Notes: generated by a model from the letters alone, not told the origin. Positions 18,498-28,305 are shown, counted from the stretch's first letter. The stretch is 64,000 nucleotides of DNA from Alphaproteobacteria bacterium (GCA_016124645.1 WGNE01000002.1:23334-87333); one strand, 5' to 3'. A program made the numbers and translations.

Positions 18498-21400
18498 TCA
18501 GTCCTCCGTCAGCGAGACCAGCGTGGTGTTGCCGCCGGAGGCCGTGGTGTTGACGGTCAGGGTTTTTTCGTTGGCGAAGCGCAGCAGGTAGTGGGGGCCG
18601 CCCGCCTTGGGGCCGGTGCCCGAAAGCCCGTTGCCGCCGAAGGGCTGTACACCCACGACCGCGCCGATCATCGAGCGGTTGACGTAGCAGTTGCCCGCGT
18701 TGACGCGGCCGACGATGTCGCGCATCACGTGGTCGATGCGCGTGTGCAGCCCGAAGGTGAGGCCGAAGCCGGTGGCGTTGATCTGGTCGATGACGGCGTC
18801 GAGGTTTTCCGGCTTGTAGCGCACGATGTGCAGGATAGGGCCGAAGACCTCTTTCGTCAGCATGTCCATGGATTTGATCTCATAGGCGCAAGGGGCGAAG
18901 AAGCTGCCTTTTTTCGCGGCCTCGCTCATCGGCACCGCGGCGACTTTCTTGCCTTCGCCGTCCATGCGTTTCGCGTGTTCCTCCAGTATTTCCAGCGCGC
19001 CCTTGTCGATGACGGGGCCGATGTCGGTCGAAAGCTTCAACGGGTCGTCCAGCGTCAGCTCCTTGCAGGCGCCGGCCAGCATCTCGATGAGCTTGTCGGC
19101 GATGCTGTCGGCCACGAAAAGCACGCGCAGGGCGGAGCAGCGCTGCCCCGCGGAACGGAAGGCGCTGATGATGACGTCGTCCACGATTTGCTCGGGCAGG
19201 GCGCTTGAATCGACGATCATCGCGTTCTGCCCGCCGGTTTCGGCGATGAGCGGCACGATGGCGCCCGCGCGTTCCGCCAGTGTGCGGTTGATGGTCTGCG
19301 CGGTCTCGGTCGAACCGGTCAGGCAGATGCCCGCGATGCGCGCGTCCGGCACCAGCAATTGCCCGGCAAGGCGGCCGGAGACGGGCAGCAGGGCGATGAC
19401 GTCCTTCGGCACGCCCGCCTCGATCAGCAGCTCCACCGCGCGCATGGCGATGAGGCTGGTCTGGCCCGCTGGCTTGGCGATGACGGCGTTTCCCGCCATC
19501 AGCGCGGCGGTGACCTGCCCGATGAAGATGGCCAGCGGGAAGTTCCACGGGCTGATGCACAGGAACACGCCGCGCCCCTGCAGGGAAAGCTGGTTCAATT
19601 CGCCCGTCGGCCCCGGCATGGTCATGGGCTGGCCGAAATGCTTGCGCCCCTCGGCGGCGTAGTAGCGGCAGAAGTCGATGGCCTCGCGCACCTCGGCCAC
19701 GCCGTCGCCCAGCGTCTTGCCCGCTTCGCGCGTGCAAAGGGCGATGAGCTCGGCCATGTTTTCCTGCATCAGGTCGGCCATGCGGCGCAGGCATTGCGCG
19801 CGCTCGTGCGCGGGGGTTTCGTTCCACGCGGGGAAGGCGGCATAGGTCGTTTCGACGGCGCGCTTGATGTCTTCCTCCGTCCCCTGCGCGACGGTGCCGA
19901 TCTGGCGGCTGTTGTCCGCGGGGTCGAAGACCGGCTCGGGCTTGCCGCCGAGCTTCTCGCCGCCGATGAGCGGGGCCGCGTGCCAGCGCGTCTGCGCCAG
20001 CGCCTCGATATTGCGGATGAGCACGTCGCTGACCGCGCTGTTGGCGAATTCGACGCCTTCGGAGTTCTTGCGCATCGCGCCGTAGATTTTTTCCGGCAGC
20101 GGAATTTTCGGGTGCGCCTTGCTGTTGAGCGTGGACATGTACTGCATGGGGTCGGTCAGCATTTCCTCGATCGGCACGCTGTCGTTCTGCAGGCGGTTGA
20201 CGAAGCTGGTGTTCGCCCCGTTTTCCAGCAGGCGGCGCACGAGATAGGGCAGCAGGTCCTGATGGCTTCCCACCGGCGCGTAGAGGCGGCAGGGATATTT
20301 ACCTTCGCCCTTGCCGACGATCTGGTGATAGAGCGGCTCGCCCATGCCGTGCAGACGCTGGAACTCGAAGCCGGTCTGGTCCTGTCCCGCGATCTCCATC
20401 ACCGCCGCCACGGTATAGGCGTTGTGGGAGGCGAGCATGGGATAGAAGATGTCGCGGCGCGAGAGAAGCTTGGTCGCGTTGGCGAGGTAGGAAACGTCGG
20501 TCGCGTATTTGCGGGTATAGACGGGATAGCCCGGCAGGCCGGCCACCTGTGCGTATTTGACTTCGCTGTCCCAATACGCGCCCTTGACGAGGCGCACCAT
20601 CATGCGGCGGCTGTTTTCCTCCGCCACCGCGGCCAGCCAGTCGATGAGTCCGGCGCAGCGTTTCTGGTAGGCCTGAATGGCGAGGCCGAAGCCTTCCCAG
20701 TCCTTCAGCGAGGGGTCGGAAAAGACGTTCTCGATGATCTCCATCGAGATTTCGAGGCGGTGCGCTTCCTCCGCGTCCACCGTCAGGCCGACGCCGTATT
20801 TCGCGCATTTTTGCGAAAGCGCGAGTAGCTTGTCCGACAGCATCGGCACGCAGACGTCGCGCTTGGCGTATTCGTAGCGCGGGTGCAAGGCGGAAAGCTT
20901 GACCGAAAGGCCGGGGCTGTCCGCGATGCTGCGTCCGTTCGCGGCCTTGCCGATGGCGTCGATGGCGGTTTCATAGCTCTTGAAATAACGCTCCGCGTCC
21001 TCGGCCGTGCGGGCGCCTTCACCCAGCATGTCGTAGGAATGGCGGTAGCCGATCTTCTCGTCGCCCTCGGCGCGCTTCAGCGCTTCCTCGATCGTGCGGC
21101 CCATGACGAACTGCTGGCCCATGATCTTCATGGAATGCAGCATGGCCTGCCGCACCACCGGCTCGCCCAGCTTGGAGACCATCTTGCCCGCGATGCCGGC
21201 GACGGAAAGCCCCTTGTCCTCCGCATCCACGTCGGAGATGACCTTGCCCGTCAGCATCAGCGCCCATGTGGAAGCGTTGACGAAAAGGTCGTCCGCCTTG
21301 CCGATGTGCTTGTCCCAGTCGGCGCCGCCGATCTTGTCGCGGATGAGCTTGTCCGCGGTCATGCTGTCGGGGATGCGCAGCAGCGCCTCGGCAAGGCACA

Positions 21401-21656
21401 TCAGGGCGATGCCCTCGTTGGTGGTCAGGCCGAATTCCTGCAGGAACTTGTCGAGCCCGCCGAAGCGCTTGCGGTTGTCGCGCACGGCCTGAATGAGCCC
21501 GCGCGCCCGGTCGCGGATGCGCAGCTTGGCCTCGCCCTCCAGCTTGATGAGGGCCAGCATCTCGTCCACCGCCTTGTCCTCGTCGAGGTGGTAGGCGGCG
21601 TTGAGCTTGTCTTTCAGGGACTGGCTGGGGCGGGACATCTGGAGAGCCTGTTTCAT
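18498..21656 (-). CDS. putA: bifunctional proline dehydrogenase / L-glutamate gamma-semialdehyde dehydrogenase PutA
   Basis: 1052 aa. The N-terminal arm, PRODH barrel and aldehyde dehydrogenase half (FLCISPWNFPLAI, ETGGQNAMIVD, GQRCSALR) are all recognisable. No N-terminal RHH domain. Confidence 0.95.
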   Translation of the reverse strand: MKQALQMSRPSQSLKDKLNAAYHLDEDKAVDEMLALIKLEGEAKLRIRDRARGLIQAVRDNRKRFGGLDKFLQEFGLTTNEGIALMCLAEALLRIPDSMTADKLIRDKIGGADWDKHIGKADDLFVNASTWALMLTGKVISDVDAEDKGLSVAGIAGKMVSKLGEPVVRQAMLHSMKIMGQQFVMGRTIEEALKRAEGDEKIGYRHSYDMLGEGARTAEDAERYFKSYETAIDAIGKAANGRSIADSPGLSVKLSALHPRYEYAKRDVCVPMLSDKLLALSQKCAKYGVGLTVDAEEAHRLEISMEIIENVFSDPSLKDWEGFGLAIQAYQKRCAGLIDWLAAVAEENSRRMMVRLVKGAYWDSEVKYAQVAGLPGYPVYTRKYATDVSYLANATKLLSRRDIFYPMLASHNAYTVAAVMEIAGQDQTGFEFQRLHGMGEPLYHQIVGKGEGKYPCRLYAPVGSHQDLLPYLVRRLLENGANTSFVNRLQNDSVPIEEMLTDPMQYMSTLNSKAHPKIPLPEKIYGAMRKNSEGVEFANSAVSDVLIRNIEALAQTRWHAAPLIGGEKLGGKPEPVFDPADNSRQIGTVAQGTEEDIKRAVETTYAAFPAWNETPAHERAQCLRRMADLMQENMAELIALCTREAGKTLGDGVAEVREAIDFCRYYAAEGRKHFGQPMTMPGPTGELNQLSLQGRGVFLCISPWNFPLAIFIGQVTAALMAGNAVIAKPAGQTSLIAMRAVELLIEAGVPKDVIALLPVSGRLAGQLLVPDARIAGICLTGSTETAQTINRTLAERAGAIVPLIAETGGQNAMIVDSSALPEQIVDDVIISAFRSAGQRCSALRVLFVADSIADKLIEMLAGACKELTLDDPLKLSTDIGPVIDKGALEILEEHAKRMDGEGKKVAAVPMSEAAKKGSFFAPCAYEIKSMDMLTKEVFGPILHIVRYKPENLDAVIDQINATGFGLTFGLHTRIDHVMRDIVGRVNAGNCYVNRSMIGAVVGVQPFGGNGLSGTGPKAGGPHYLLRFANEKTLTVNTTASGGNTTLVSLTED

Positions 21657-21854
21657 GTGGGAATAAACCGTTTCTCGTCGGGGTTTTGCTGGAAATCTGG
21701 GCCCAATTTACCCCCTCCGGCCGTGATTTGCATGGAGAAAAAGCGCATTTTTCCGGCGCGGGTTTAATTAATTTTTCATATTGCGAAAATATAATAGGGG
21801 CGAGACTTCTGGGGCGGCTCTTTTGCTGCGCCGCAGCGGGAAGCGGAGGTTTTT

Positions 21855-23489
21855 TTGCCGATTGCCAATAAATTCAACGACTACGCGCGCTGGGAAAGGC
21901 TGAAAACGCCGTTCGCCACGGGGCTGTCGCTGCGTTTCCCGGAGGCGACGGTGCTGGAAGTCATCAAAAAGCTGGAAGACCTGCAGATCCCGCTGCCGGA
22001 AAACAACAGGCAGTATCTTTCCGCCACCGACGGCGCGCTGATGTTTTCGAACTCGCACGGCGTGGTCATCCGCATCGAGCAGTCGAACGGCAAGGGCTAC
22101 AACAGTGCCAGCCGCTCGGACGACAGCGCCTGGATGCTGCAGCCGCTGGGCAGCCTCGAGGCGGGCAACGCCGTGATCGAGATTTGCCCCGGCGTCGAGT
22201 TCGAGGAAAGGGACGTCGAAAGCCGCAAGCTCTACTGGAAAATGTGGGGCGACGGATTCCAGTACTGGGACGACCGTATCGACAACGCGGGCCGGCTGCC
22301 CTTCAAGTCGCCGGAATTTCCCGAGGGGGTGCCCGTCGTCATCGACCGCCTCGCCGTCAACCGACTGACCGATTCCATCGCGCCGGTGAAGCGCGCGCTG
22401 AAGGTGATGCTGGGGCCCATGAGCGACAATTTCCGCAGTCCGCTTCGCGACCCGAAGGTGAAGCTGCGCGACGTCCTTTCCGAGTTCAGGCAGATGGCGC
22501 GCGAGATCACGGCGAAGATCGTCCGCCACGGCATGTCCTCGGGCATGGCGATGGGCGCGGACAACCCGCAGGAAATTCTCTACGGCGACTTGCGCCGCTC
22601 ATTCACGCAGGCCTTCCCGGAGGGCAGGAACGCCCCGCCGGACGCGAAGAAGATGACCGCGTTCTGGCAGGCGGTGCTGCTGGCCAAGGAAGCGGGAAAG
22701 CTGGTGACGGGCTGGAAGGATACGGCGGACAAGCATGCCGCGAAGTCCAGACGGGCCCGCGACATGGCCGAGGGCTATGATGCGCATCCCCACCGCATCG
22801 GCGAGATCGGCGAAGACGTCGCGCTGAAGAACAAGGTTCTGCAGCAATTGCAGGACTTCAGGGCCGGCAACGGCCAGCGCGGCGGCGAGACGCAGGACAG
22901 CCGGGGCACGTGGCGCCGCTTCAGGGAAATCACGACGACGCCGCAGGACGGCGGCGAAACCCTGACGATGAAAATGCCGGACCCCGATTTCCGGCAGCCG
23001 CCGGTCGAGCTGGAAAGCGTGTGCGGGATCACCGGCATTTCCGGCGGCTACACCTATCCCTACGGGCTCAAGCCCGCGGAGATCGAAAGCTACGCCGATG
23101 TGCTGCAGCACAGCTTCCTGCGCGGCGACATCGACGCCGGCGAGCGCGGGAATATGGTGCAGGAAGTTTTCGCGCTGCTGGAAAAGAAAAACCCCGCCCT
23201 TTCCGCGATCGACTTCGACCGGCAGGACGCGGACCGGATGCAGGCCGTGCTGAAAGGCATCGCCCGCGGGTGGAACGCGCGCGACATCGGCTTCAGCCTT
23301 TCCGCGGAAGGGCAGGGCGTCATGCAAAGCCCCGGCTATCAGGAACTCGCGCGGAAAACGATGCTGCCGGGGGAAGAGGGAACGTGGCGGCCCGCGCCCG
23401 AAACCATGACCCTGATCGCGCGCAAAATGCAGGACAAGGCGGAGGCTTCCGTCGCCATCACGGCCAAAGCGGGCGCCGCGCCCGCGTGA
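21855..23489 (+). CDS. hypothetical protein (possible atypical kinase-like N-terminal region)
   Basis: 544-aa ORF with a TTG start 5 nt after GGAGG. No signal peptide or TM. Contains WDDRIDNAG...VVIDRL, which resembles a kinase-like catalytic loop plus metal-binding Asp. Confidence 0.55.
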   Translation: MPIANKFNDYARWERLKTPFATGLSLRFPEATVLEVIKKLEDLQIPLPENNRQYLSATDGALMFSNSHGVVIRIEQSNGKGYNSASRSDDSAWMLQPLGSLEAGNAVIEICPGVEFEERDVESRKLYWKMWGDGFQYWDDRIDNAGRLPFKSPEFPEGVPVVIDRLAVNRLTDSIAPVKRALKVMLGPMSDNFRSPLRDPKVKLRDVLSEFRQMAREITAKIVRHGMSSGMAMGADNPQEILYGDLRRSFTQAFPEGRNAPPDAKKMTAFWQAVLLAKEAGKLVTGWKDTADKHAAKSRRARDMAEGYDAHPHRIGEIGEDVALKNKVLQQLQDFRAGNGQRGGETQDSRGTWRRFREITTTPQDGGETLTMKMPDPDFRQPPVELESVCGITGISGGYTYPYGLKPAEIESYADVLQHSFLRGDIDAGERGNMVQEVFALLEKKNPALSAIDFDRQDADRMQAVLKGIARGWNARDIGFSLSAEGQGVMQSPGYQELARKTMLPGEEGTWRPAPETMTLIARKMQDKAEASVAITAKAGAAPA

Positions 23490-23526
23490 AGCGGCCGGGC
23501 CGGGCATAAGGAAGAACGGCGAGAAC

Positions 23527-24717
23527 ATGCAGGAAGACCTGATCGATAAGCAGCTGGCCGAATTCAAGGCTTTCGAAGCCGGGCAGGCGGTCGCCGACAA
23601 GGTGAAGCCGTCGCCGCTGTACAAGGCGCTGGCGGGTTTGAAGCGCGTCTCGATGCTGCCCGATACGATACTGAGCCGGATAGAGGTCAGAATGAACAAC
23701 CTCATGAAGACCTTGCCGCAGCGCCTGTTCGAATCCCTGCCGGGGCCGGTCAAAAAGACGCTGTCTGAACAATTCAACGCGCATCTCGAAAAGGTCATGG
23801 GCAGGCGCGTCGGCCACGCGGTGGACGAGCTTTGCACCATTCCCGAGGGCCGCGCGCTGGTCGAGCAATCGGTGGCGGCGGGCATGACGCTCGACAAGTT
23901 CAACGGCGGCAACGGCGCCTACGGCCGGATGCAGGGATGGTACGAGGGCGACGAAGAGGGTAACCCGAAGCTGAGGACCAACATGGTGCTGGACGTCAGC
24001 CAGTCCCACGGCGGGCTGATCAACGCCATGTCGCACGAGCTGCGGCACTTCCAGCAAGCGAAAGAAAAGCTTACCGGGCATCCCTTCGGCGAGGTCATTT
24101 CGCCGCTGGACAACGTCTGGCGCAATCGCATGAGCGAGGCGGACGCGGAGGCGACGGCGGTCGATATCGCCTACAAGCTGATGCAGGCGGGAAAGCCCGC
24201 GGCCTGGTGGTCGGCGACGAACGAAAACCTTGAATACAGGGACATGGCCCTCGCCTACGAGAAGGCGGCGAAGAAAGACCCGTCGAGCGTCAAGGACGGC
24301 AGGGCGAAGCGCGCGGCCTTCGACGGCTGGTTTACGGGCCGCAGCCATGTGACCAACGAGAAAATTTCCGAATTCTACAACGGGCAGGGCGTGCTGAACT
24401 ATCCGCCCGGCGACAAGATACTGATGCGCTACGAAGAGCAGGGCGGGCGCATCTCGCCGCTCGACCCCGCGACTCTCAAAAAACTGGGCACGCTCTTGCC
24501 GGAGGAACCCAATTACCTCGACCTGCCGGGCGGCAAGCCCGTGGACAGCAAGTTCTACCGCGAGCCGAACCTGAACGATGGCGAGATGAACATCCTGCGG
24601 CAGAACTATGAAGCCTATGCGAAGCTGAAGGAAAAGCCGGAAAGCCCGGTCAAGAAGATCGCGCCGTCACCCGAACCGTCGCCCAAACCAAAAGCCGGGA
24701 CGCGCGGCCCCGGCTAA
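23527..24717 (+). CDS. hypothetical HExxH-motif protein
   Basis: 396-aa ORF, 37 nt after the previous gene, with an AAGGAAG Shine-Dalgarno sequence. Contains MSHELRHFQQ. Pro/Lys-rich C-terminal tail. Confidence 0.55.
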   Translation: MQEDLIDKQLAEFKAFEAGQAVADKVKPSPLYKALAGLKRVSMLPDTILSRIEVRMNNLMKTLPQRLFESLPGPVKKTLSEQFNAHLEKVMGRRVGHAVDELCTIPEGRALVEQSVAAGMTLDKFNGGNGAYGRMQGWYEGDEEGNPKLRTNMVLDVSQSHGGLINAMSHELRHFQQAKEKLTGHPFGEVISPLDNVWRNRMSEADAEATAVDIAYKLMQAGKPAAWWSATNENLEYRDMALAYEKAAKKDPSSVKDGRAKRAAFDGWFTGRSHVTNEKISEFYNGQGVLNYPPGDKILMRYEEQGGRISPLDPATLKKLGTLLPEEPNYLDLPGGKPVDSKFYREPNLNDGEMNILRQNYEAYAKLKEKPESPVKKIAPSPEPSPKPKAGTRGPG

Positions 24718-24745
24718 GGAATTTCATCTGAAAAGATAAGGTCTG

Positions 24746-25225
24746 TTACGCGCTCAGGCAGGCGGGGATTTCCTCGATCGCCTCATCGACCAGCTTGGGG
24801 CCGCGTTTCGCCATGGCGTCTTCCAGCAGCGCGCCTGCGGCTTGCGTGGCAAGATCGACCGCCTTGTTGCGGATCTGGGCGACGGCGGCGCTTTCGGCGC
24901 GGGAAATGCGGTCCAGCAGCTGCGCCTCGCGGCGTTTCAGGCTTTGCTCGAGGTTTTCTTCGGCCTCTTCCTGAATGCGGACGGCGGTTTCCTTGGCGTG
25001 GTCGATGATTTTCTGCGCGGTCTGCAGGGCGTCGCGCTGTTTCTTCTGGCTTTCGGCCAGCAGGGTCTCGGCCTCGGCCTTCAGCTGCTCGGCTTCTTCC
25101 AGCGTGCGGCGGATTTTCTCCGAGCGCGCGTCCAGCATCGCGAGAACGGGCTGCTTGCCCTTCACCACGACGAGGGTGACGGTGATGATGGTCGAGAGGA
25201 CGATCCAGCCTTCGGTGGACATCAT
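24746..25225 (-). CDS. atpF: F0F1 ATP synthase subunit b
   Basis: Single N-terminal TM followed by a long charged helix. It is the last gene of the atpI-B-E-b'-b operon. Confidence 0.85.
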   Translation of the reverse strand: MMSTEGWIVLSTIITVTLVVVKGKQPVLAMLDARSEKIRRTLEEAEQLKAEAETLLAESQKKQRDALQTAQKIIDHAKETAVRIQEEAEENLEQSLKRREAQLLDRISRAESAAVAQIRNKAVDLATQAAGALLEDAMAKRGPKLVDEAIEEIPACLSA

Positions 25226-25227
25226 GC

Positions 25228-26073
25228 TCAGGCCTCCTTCTTCATGGCGGCGGCGACGGCTTTCTTGGCCTCGGCCTTGCCGATCTGCACGTTCGCCACC
25301 CGCTCGGAAATCTCGGCGGCGAGGTCGGCGGAAACATCGGCCAGCCAGCCCATCGCTTCCTCCGTCGCCTTGGCGATGTTTTTCTCGGCGGTGTCGGCGC
25401 GTTTTTTCGCGTGGTCGGCGAAGCTCGCGTTTTTCTCCGCCTGCTTTTCGGCGATTTCGGTCTGCGCGGCTTTCAGGGCTTCCTTGGCGCTTTCCTGCGC
25501 CTTGGCGATTTCGGCCTCGTAGGCGGCGGTGATCTTGGCCGACTCTTCCTGCATGGAAGCGGCGGCGGAAAGGTCGCCGTCGATGGTGTTCTTGCGCGCC
25601 TCGATGACGGCCTCCACCTTGGGCAGGGCCGCGCCCTTCATCAGCGTGTAGATGATGGCGAGGGACAAGAGGATCCAGAAAATCTGGCTGGGGAAGGTGG
25701 CGTAGTTGAGCTGCGGGAAGCCGATGTCTTCTTCCTCGCCGGCTTTGCCGCCTTCTTCCGCCTTGCCGCCTTCTTCCGCCTTGCCGTCATGCAGGGCGGG
25801 CATGACCCCTTCCGCTTCCTTCGCCGCCTTCGGGGCTTTTTTCCCGGCGGGGGCGAGGGCTTGCGGCTTCATGCCGTCCTGCGCGTCCTGTTCCTTGACG
25901 GCATCCTTGGCCGCCGCATCCGTCGCGACGGCGTTGGCCGCCATGACGGAGGCATGCAATGCGCCGACCGACGCCATGTCCGCCCGCACGGGCAGCGCGG
26001 GTGCGGCGACGAGCGCTGCGCCCAGCACGAGGCCGAGAAGGGAGGGGATATAACGGGTCAATCGACGTTGCAT
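25228..26073 (-). CDS. atpF2: F0F1 ATP synthase subunit b' with long N-terminal extension
   Basis: The core FPQLNYATFPSQIFWILLSLAIIYTLM... is typical of b'. It is preceded by ~120 extra residues that include a signal-peptide-like start and a KAEEGG repeat. The start is uncertain (internal Met candidates exist). Confidence 0.7.
   Translation of the reverse strand: MQRRLTRYIPSLLGLVLGAALVAAPALPVRADMASVGALHASVMAANAVATDAAAKDAVKEQDAQDGMKPQALAPAGKKAPKAAKEAEGVMPALHDGKAEEGGKAEEGGKAGEEEDIGFPQLNYATFPSQIFWILLSLAIIYTLMKGAALPKVEAVIEARKNTIDGDLSAAASMQEESAKITAAYEAEIAKAQESAKEALKAAQTEIAEKQAEKNASFADHAKKRADTAEKNIAKATEEAMGWLADVSADLAAEISERVANVQIGKAEAKKAVAAAMKKEA
25745..25786. repeat. 18-bp tandem repeat (2.3 copies) inside the b' gene
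   Basis: TTGCCGCCTTCTTCCGCC occurs twice perfectly, followed by a partial third copy. On the minus strand it encodes GKAEEG GKAEEG GKA. Confidence 0.8.
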
Positions 26074-26109
26074 GTTGCGGTCCTCTTTGCGGTCAAGACG
26101 TTGAAGCGC

Positions 26110-26346
26110 TTAGCCCCAGTGCTTGAACAGGATCAGGAAGGCGATGGCCAGCGCGTAGAGGGCCACGGCCTCGATCAGCGCGAAGTACAGAAGGCCGGTG
26201 CCTTTGACGGTGTCGGCGGCGGAAGGGTTGCGGCCGATGGCGGAAATGATGCTGCCGAAGAGGGTGCCGAGACCGGCGCCCACGCCGCCCAGACCGATGC
26301 ACGCAAGGCCAGCGCCAAGAAGTTGTGCTACGACGATGTTATCCAT
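26110..26346 (-). CDS. atpE: F0F1 ATP synthase subunit c
   Basis: 78-aa two-helix proteolipid with a GRNP loop and the conserved carboxylate helix (ALIEAVALYAL). Confidence 0.95.
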   Translation of the reverse strand: MDNIVVAQLLGAGLACIGLGGVGAGLGTLFGSIISAIGRNPSAADTVKGTGLLYFALIEAVALYALAIAFLILFKHWG

Positions 26347-26413
26347 TTGTAGTGTTCCTTTCTTTTTCTCTTCTGCGAGAGGGTTGGTTGGTATTCGGTT
26401 GGTAAATTCCCGG

Positions 26414-27139
26414 TTAGTGCAATTCGATGGAAAACTTGATGTACAGGCAGGTCAGCACCGCGAAGACATAGGCCTGGATGAAGGCGACCAGCAGCTCGAG
26501 CCCGAGCAGGGCGACGTTGACCAGCATCGGGAAGACCCCGAGGATGATGCCGAGGCTGATGCAGAAGCCGCCGAAAATCTTGAGCATGGTGTGGCCCGCC
26601 GTCATGTTGGCGGCCAGACGAACGGCGAGGCTGAAGGGGCGGCTGAGGAACGAGACGACCTCGATCGGCACGATGACGATCTTCATCAGGAAGGGCAGGC
26701 CCGGCGGCACGAAGGTCGAGAAGAAGTGCAGCCCGTGATAGGCGAAGCCGACCGCGATGGAAACGAAGAACACGAAGAGCGCGAGGGCCGCCGTGACGGA
26801 GATATGGCTGGTATAGGCGAAGGAATAGGGGACGAGGCCCAAAAGGTTGCCCATCAGCACCAGCACGAAGATGGAGAAGACGAAGGGGAAGAACTTGCGC
26901 GTCTCTTCGCCCAGGTTCTCGGAAACCATGCCGAAGATGAAGTCGTGCAGCGTCTCGGTCAGGCTCTGCCAGCGGCCCGGCACCAGCGCCTTGGGGCGCA
27001 TGCTCAGGACCATCATCGCCGTGATGAGCGCGATGCCGATCATCATGATAAGGGAAGACTGGGTGAAAGAAAGGTCGTAGCCGCCCGCGTTCAGGTGAAT
27101 CAGGGGCCTGACGACAAACTGCTCAAGTGGGTTTTCCAT
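26414..27139 (-). CDS. atpB: F0F1 ATP synthase subunit a
   Basis: 241-aa polytopic protein with the LSLAVRLAANMTAGH motif that contains the essential Arg. Confidence 0.95.
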   Translation of the reverse strand: MENPLEQFVVRPLIHLNAGGYDLSFTQSSLIMMIGIALITAMMVLSMRPKALVPGRWQSLTETLHDFIFGMVSENLGEETRKFFPFVFSIFVLVLMGNLLGLVPYSFAYTSHISVTAALALFVFFVSIAVGFAYHGLHFFSTFVPPGLPFLMKIVIVPIEVVSFLSRPFSLAVRLAANMTAGHTMLKIFGGFCISLGIILGVFPMLVNVALLGLELLVAFIQAYVFAVLTCLYIKFSIELH

Positions 27140-27203
27140 TCACTTTTATTCCTCTAACTTGCCCGTATCTTTTAGTCTGCCGGTACGGGCCGGTTGCTGC
27201 CGG

Positions 27204-27572
27204 TCAGTCCTGTTTGTCTTCTTCGCCCTTCGCGGCGCCGTCTTCACTGCCCTGCGCCTTGTCCTTCTTCTTCAGCCATGGCGCGAAGGGGCGGCCCGTC
27301 TGAAGGCGGTATATCGCGAAAAAGCCGGACGCAAACCCGAAGAACAGGAAAACGATCATGAACAGGGGCGAAGTGTCCAGCCATTTGTCGAGCCAGTACC
27401 CGAGGAACGCCCCGACGATGATCGATGCGACCATATCCGTCGCCGCGCGCGCCGCCATGGCGAGCCCCGAATCCATTCCTTCCTTTTCGAGGTCGGAAGA
27501 ACCGGGTTTCTGGCTCTGCCGTTGCTGCGCATCCTTGATTTTTTGAGCGAGTTCTTCGGGGGTTAAACCCAT
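27204..27572 (-). CDS. atpI: ATP synthase protein I (AtpI/AtpZ family)
   Basis: Small two-TM protein (IIVGAFLGYWLD...LFMIVFLFFGFASGF) at the head of the F0 operon. I place the start at MGLTPEEL (27572). Confidence 0.7.
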   Translation of the reverse strand: MGLTPEELAQKIKDAQQRQSQKPGSSDLEKEGMDSGLAMAARAATDMVASIIVGAFLGYWLDKWLDTSPLFMIVFLFFGFASGFFAIYRLQTGRPFAPWLKKKDKAQGSEDGAAKGEEDKQD

Positions 27573-27729
27573 GTTAAACCGTTCTCTTCTCCAGTTGCGC
27601 AGGTCAGGCGTGCGGAGATTACGCAGGAGGGGGTATAATGTCAACAAAATCTATGGCATTTGCGTGCAAAACGGCGTCGTGAATTTATGACAAAAGTACG
27701 TTCTGAAATATGGGAAAAAGAGGGGCGCG

Positions 27730-28305
27730 TCAGAACGGCAGGCCGATGCCGCGGCGGATGAGCGTATCCCACAGATACTGGCTTTCTTCCTGCTTCACGT
27801 TTTCGGTGCCCTCGACGCTGGACTGCAGCAGCTTGCCGTGCTCGAAGATGAGGACGAGCTTGAGGCTATAGCCGGTCTTCTCGATCTTCATCGTGCCGAA
27901 GCCCAGCGAGCTGTCGCTCTTGATCTTGCTGTAGGGCAGGGAATAGCCCTTGCATTGCAAGAGGTGCTTGCGGAATTTTTCCAGCTGGGCGGGCGTGCCC
28001 TGCACCTGCGAATTGCCGTAGATGGACATCTGCACTTCTTCCATGCTCATGCGGGCGAAGCGCTCGCGCTCGATGCCAAGGGTCTTGAAGACGTTTTTCT
28101 CGCTCATGCCGCGGTGCAGGTCGCCCGCGCGCTTTTGCATGTCGTCCTTGTTCTTGAACAGCTCCGTATTCACGTTCTGGTCGCCGGTCGGCACGCAGGC
28201 GCAAAGGGGCAGCAATGCGATGAGGCACATCAGCGCAAAGCAAGTGCCGATGAAACTGTCACTGAAATTTTGCCGTAATGTCGTGTTTATTGTTTGTTCC
28301 CGCAT
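27730..28305 (-). CDS. lipoprotein with SmpA/OmlA (BamE-like) motif
   Basis: Lipobox LLPLCAC. The segment LHRGMSEKNVFKTLGIERERF resembles the BamE-type GMTxxxVxxLLG motif. GC content looks lower than in neighbouring genes. Confidence 0.55.
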   Translation of the reverse strand: MREQTINTTLRQNFSDSFIGTCFALMCLIALLPLCACVPTGDQNVNTELFKNKDDMQKRAGDLHRGMSEKNVFKTLGIERERFARMSMEEVQMSIYGNSQVQGTPAQLEKFRKHLLQCKGYSLPYSKIKSDSSLGFGTMKIEKTGYSLKLVLIFEHGKLLQSSVEGTENVKQEESQYLWDTLIRRGIGLPF

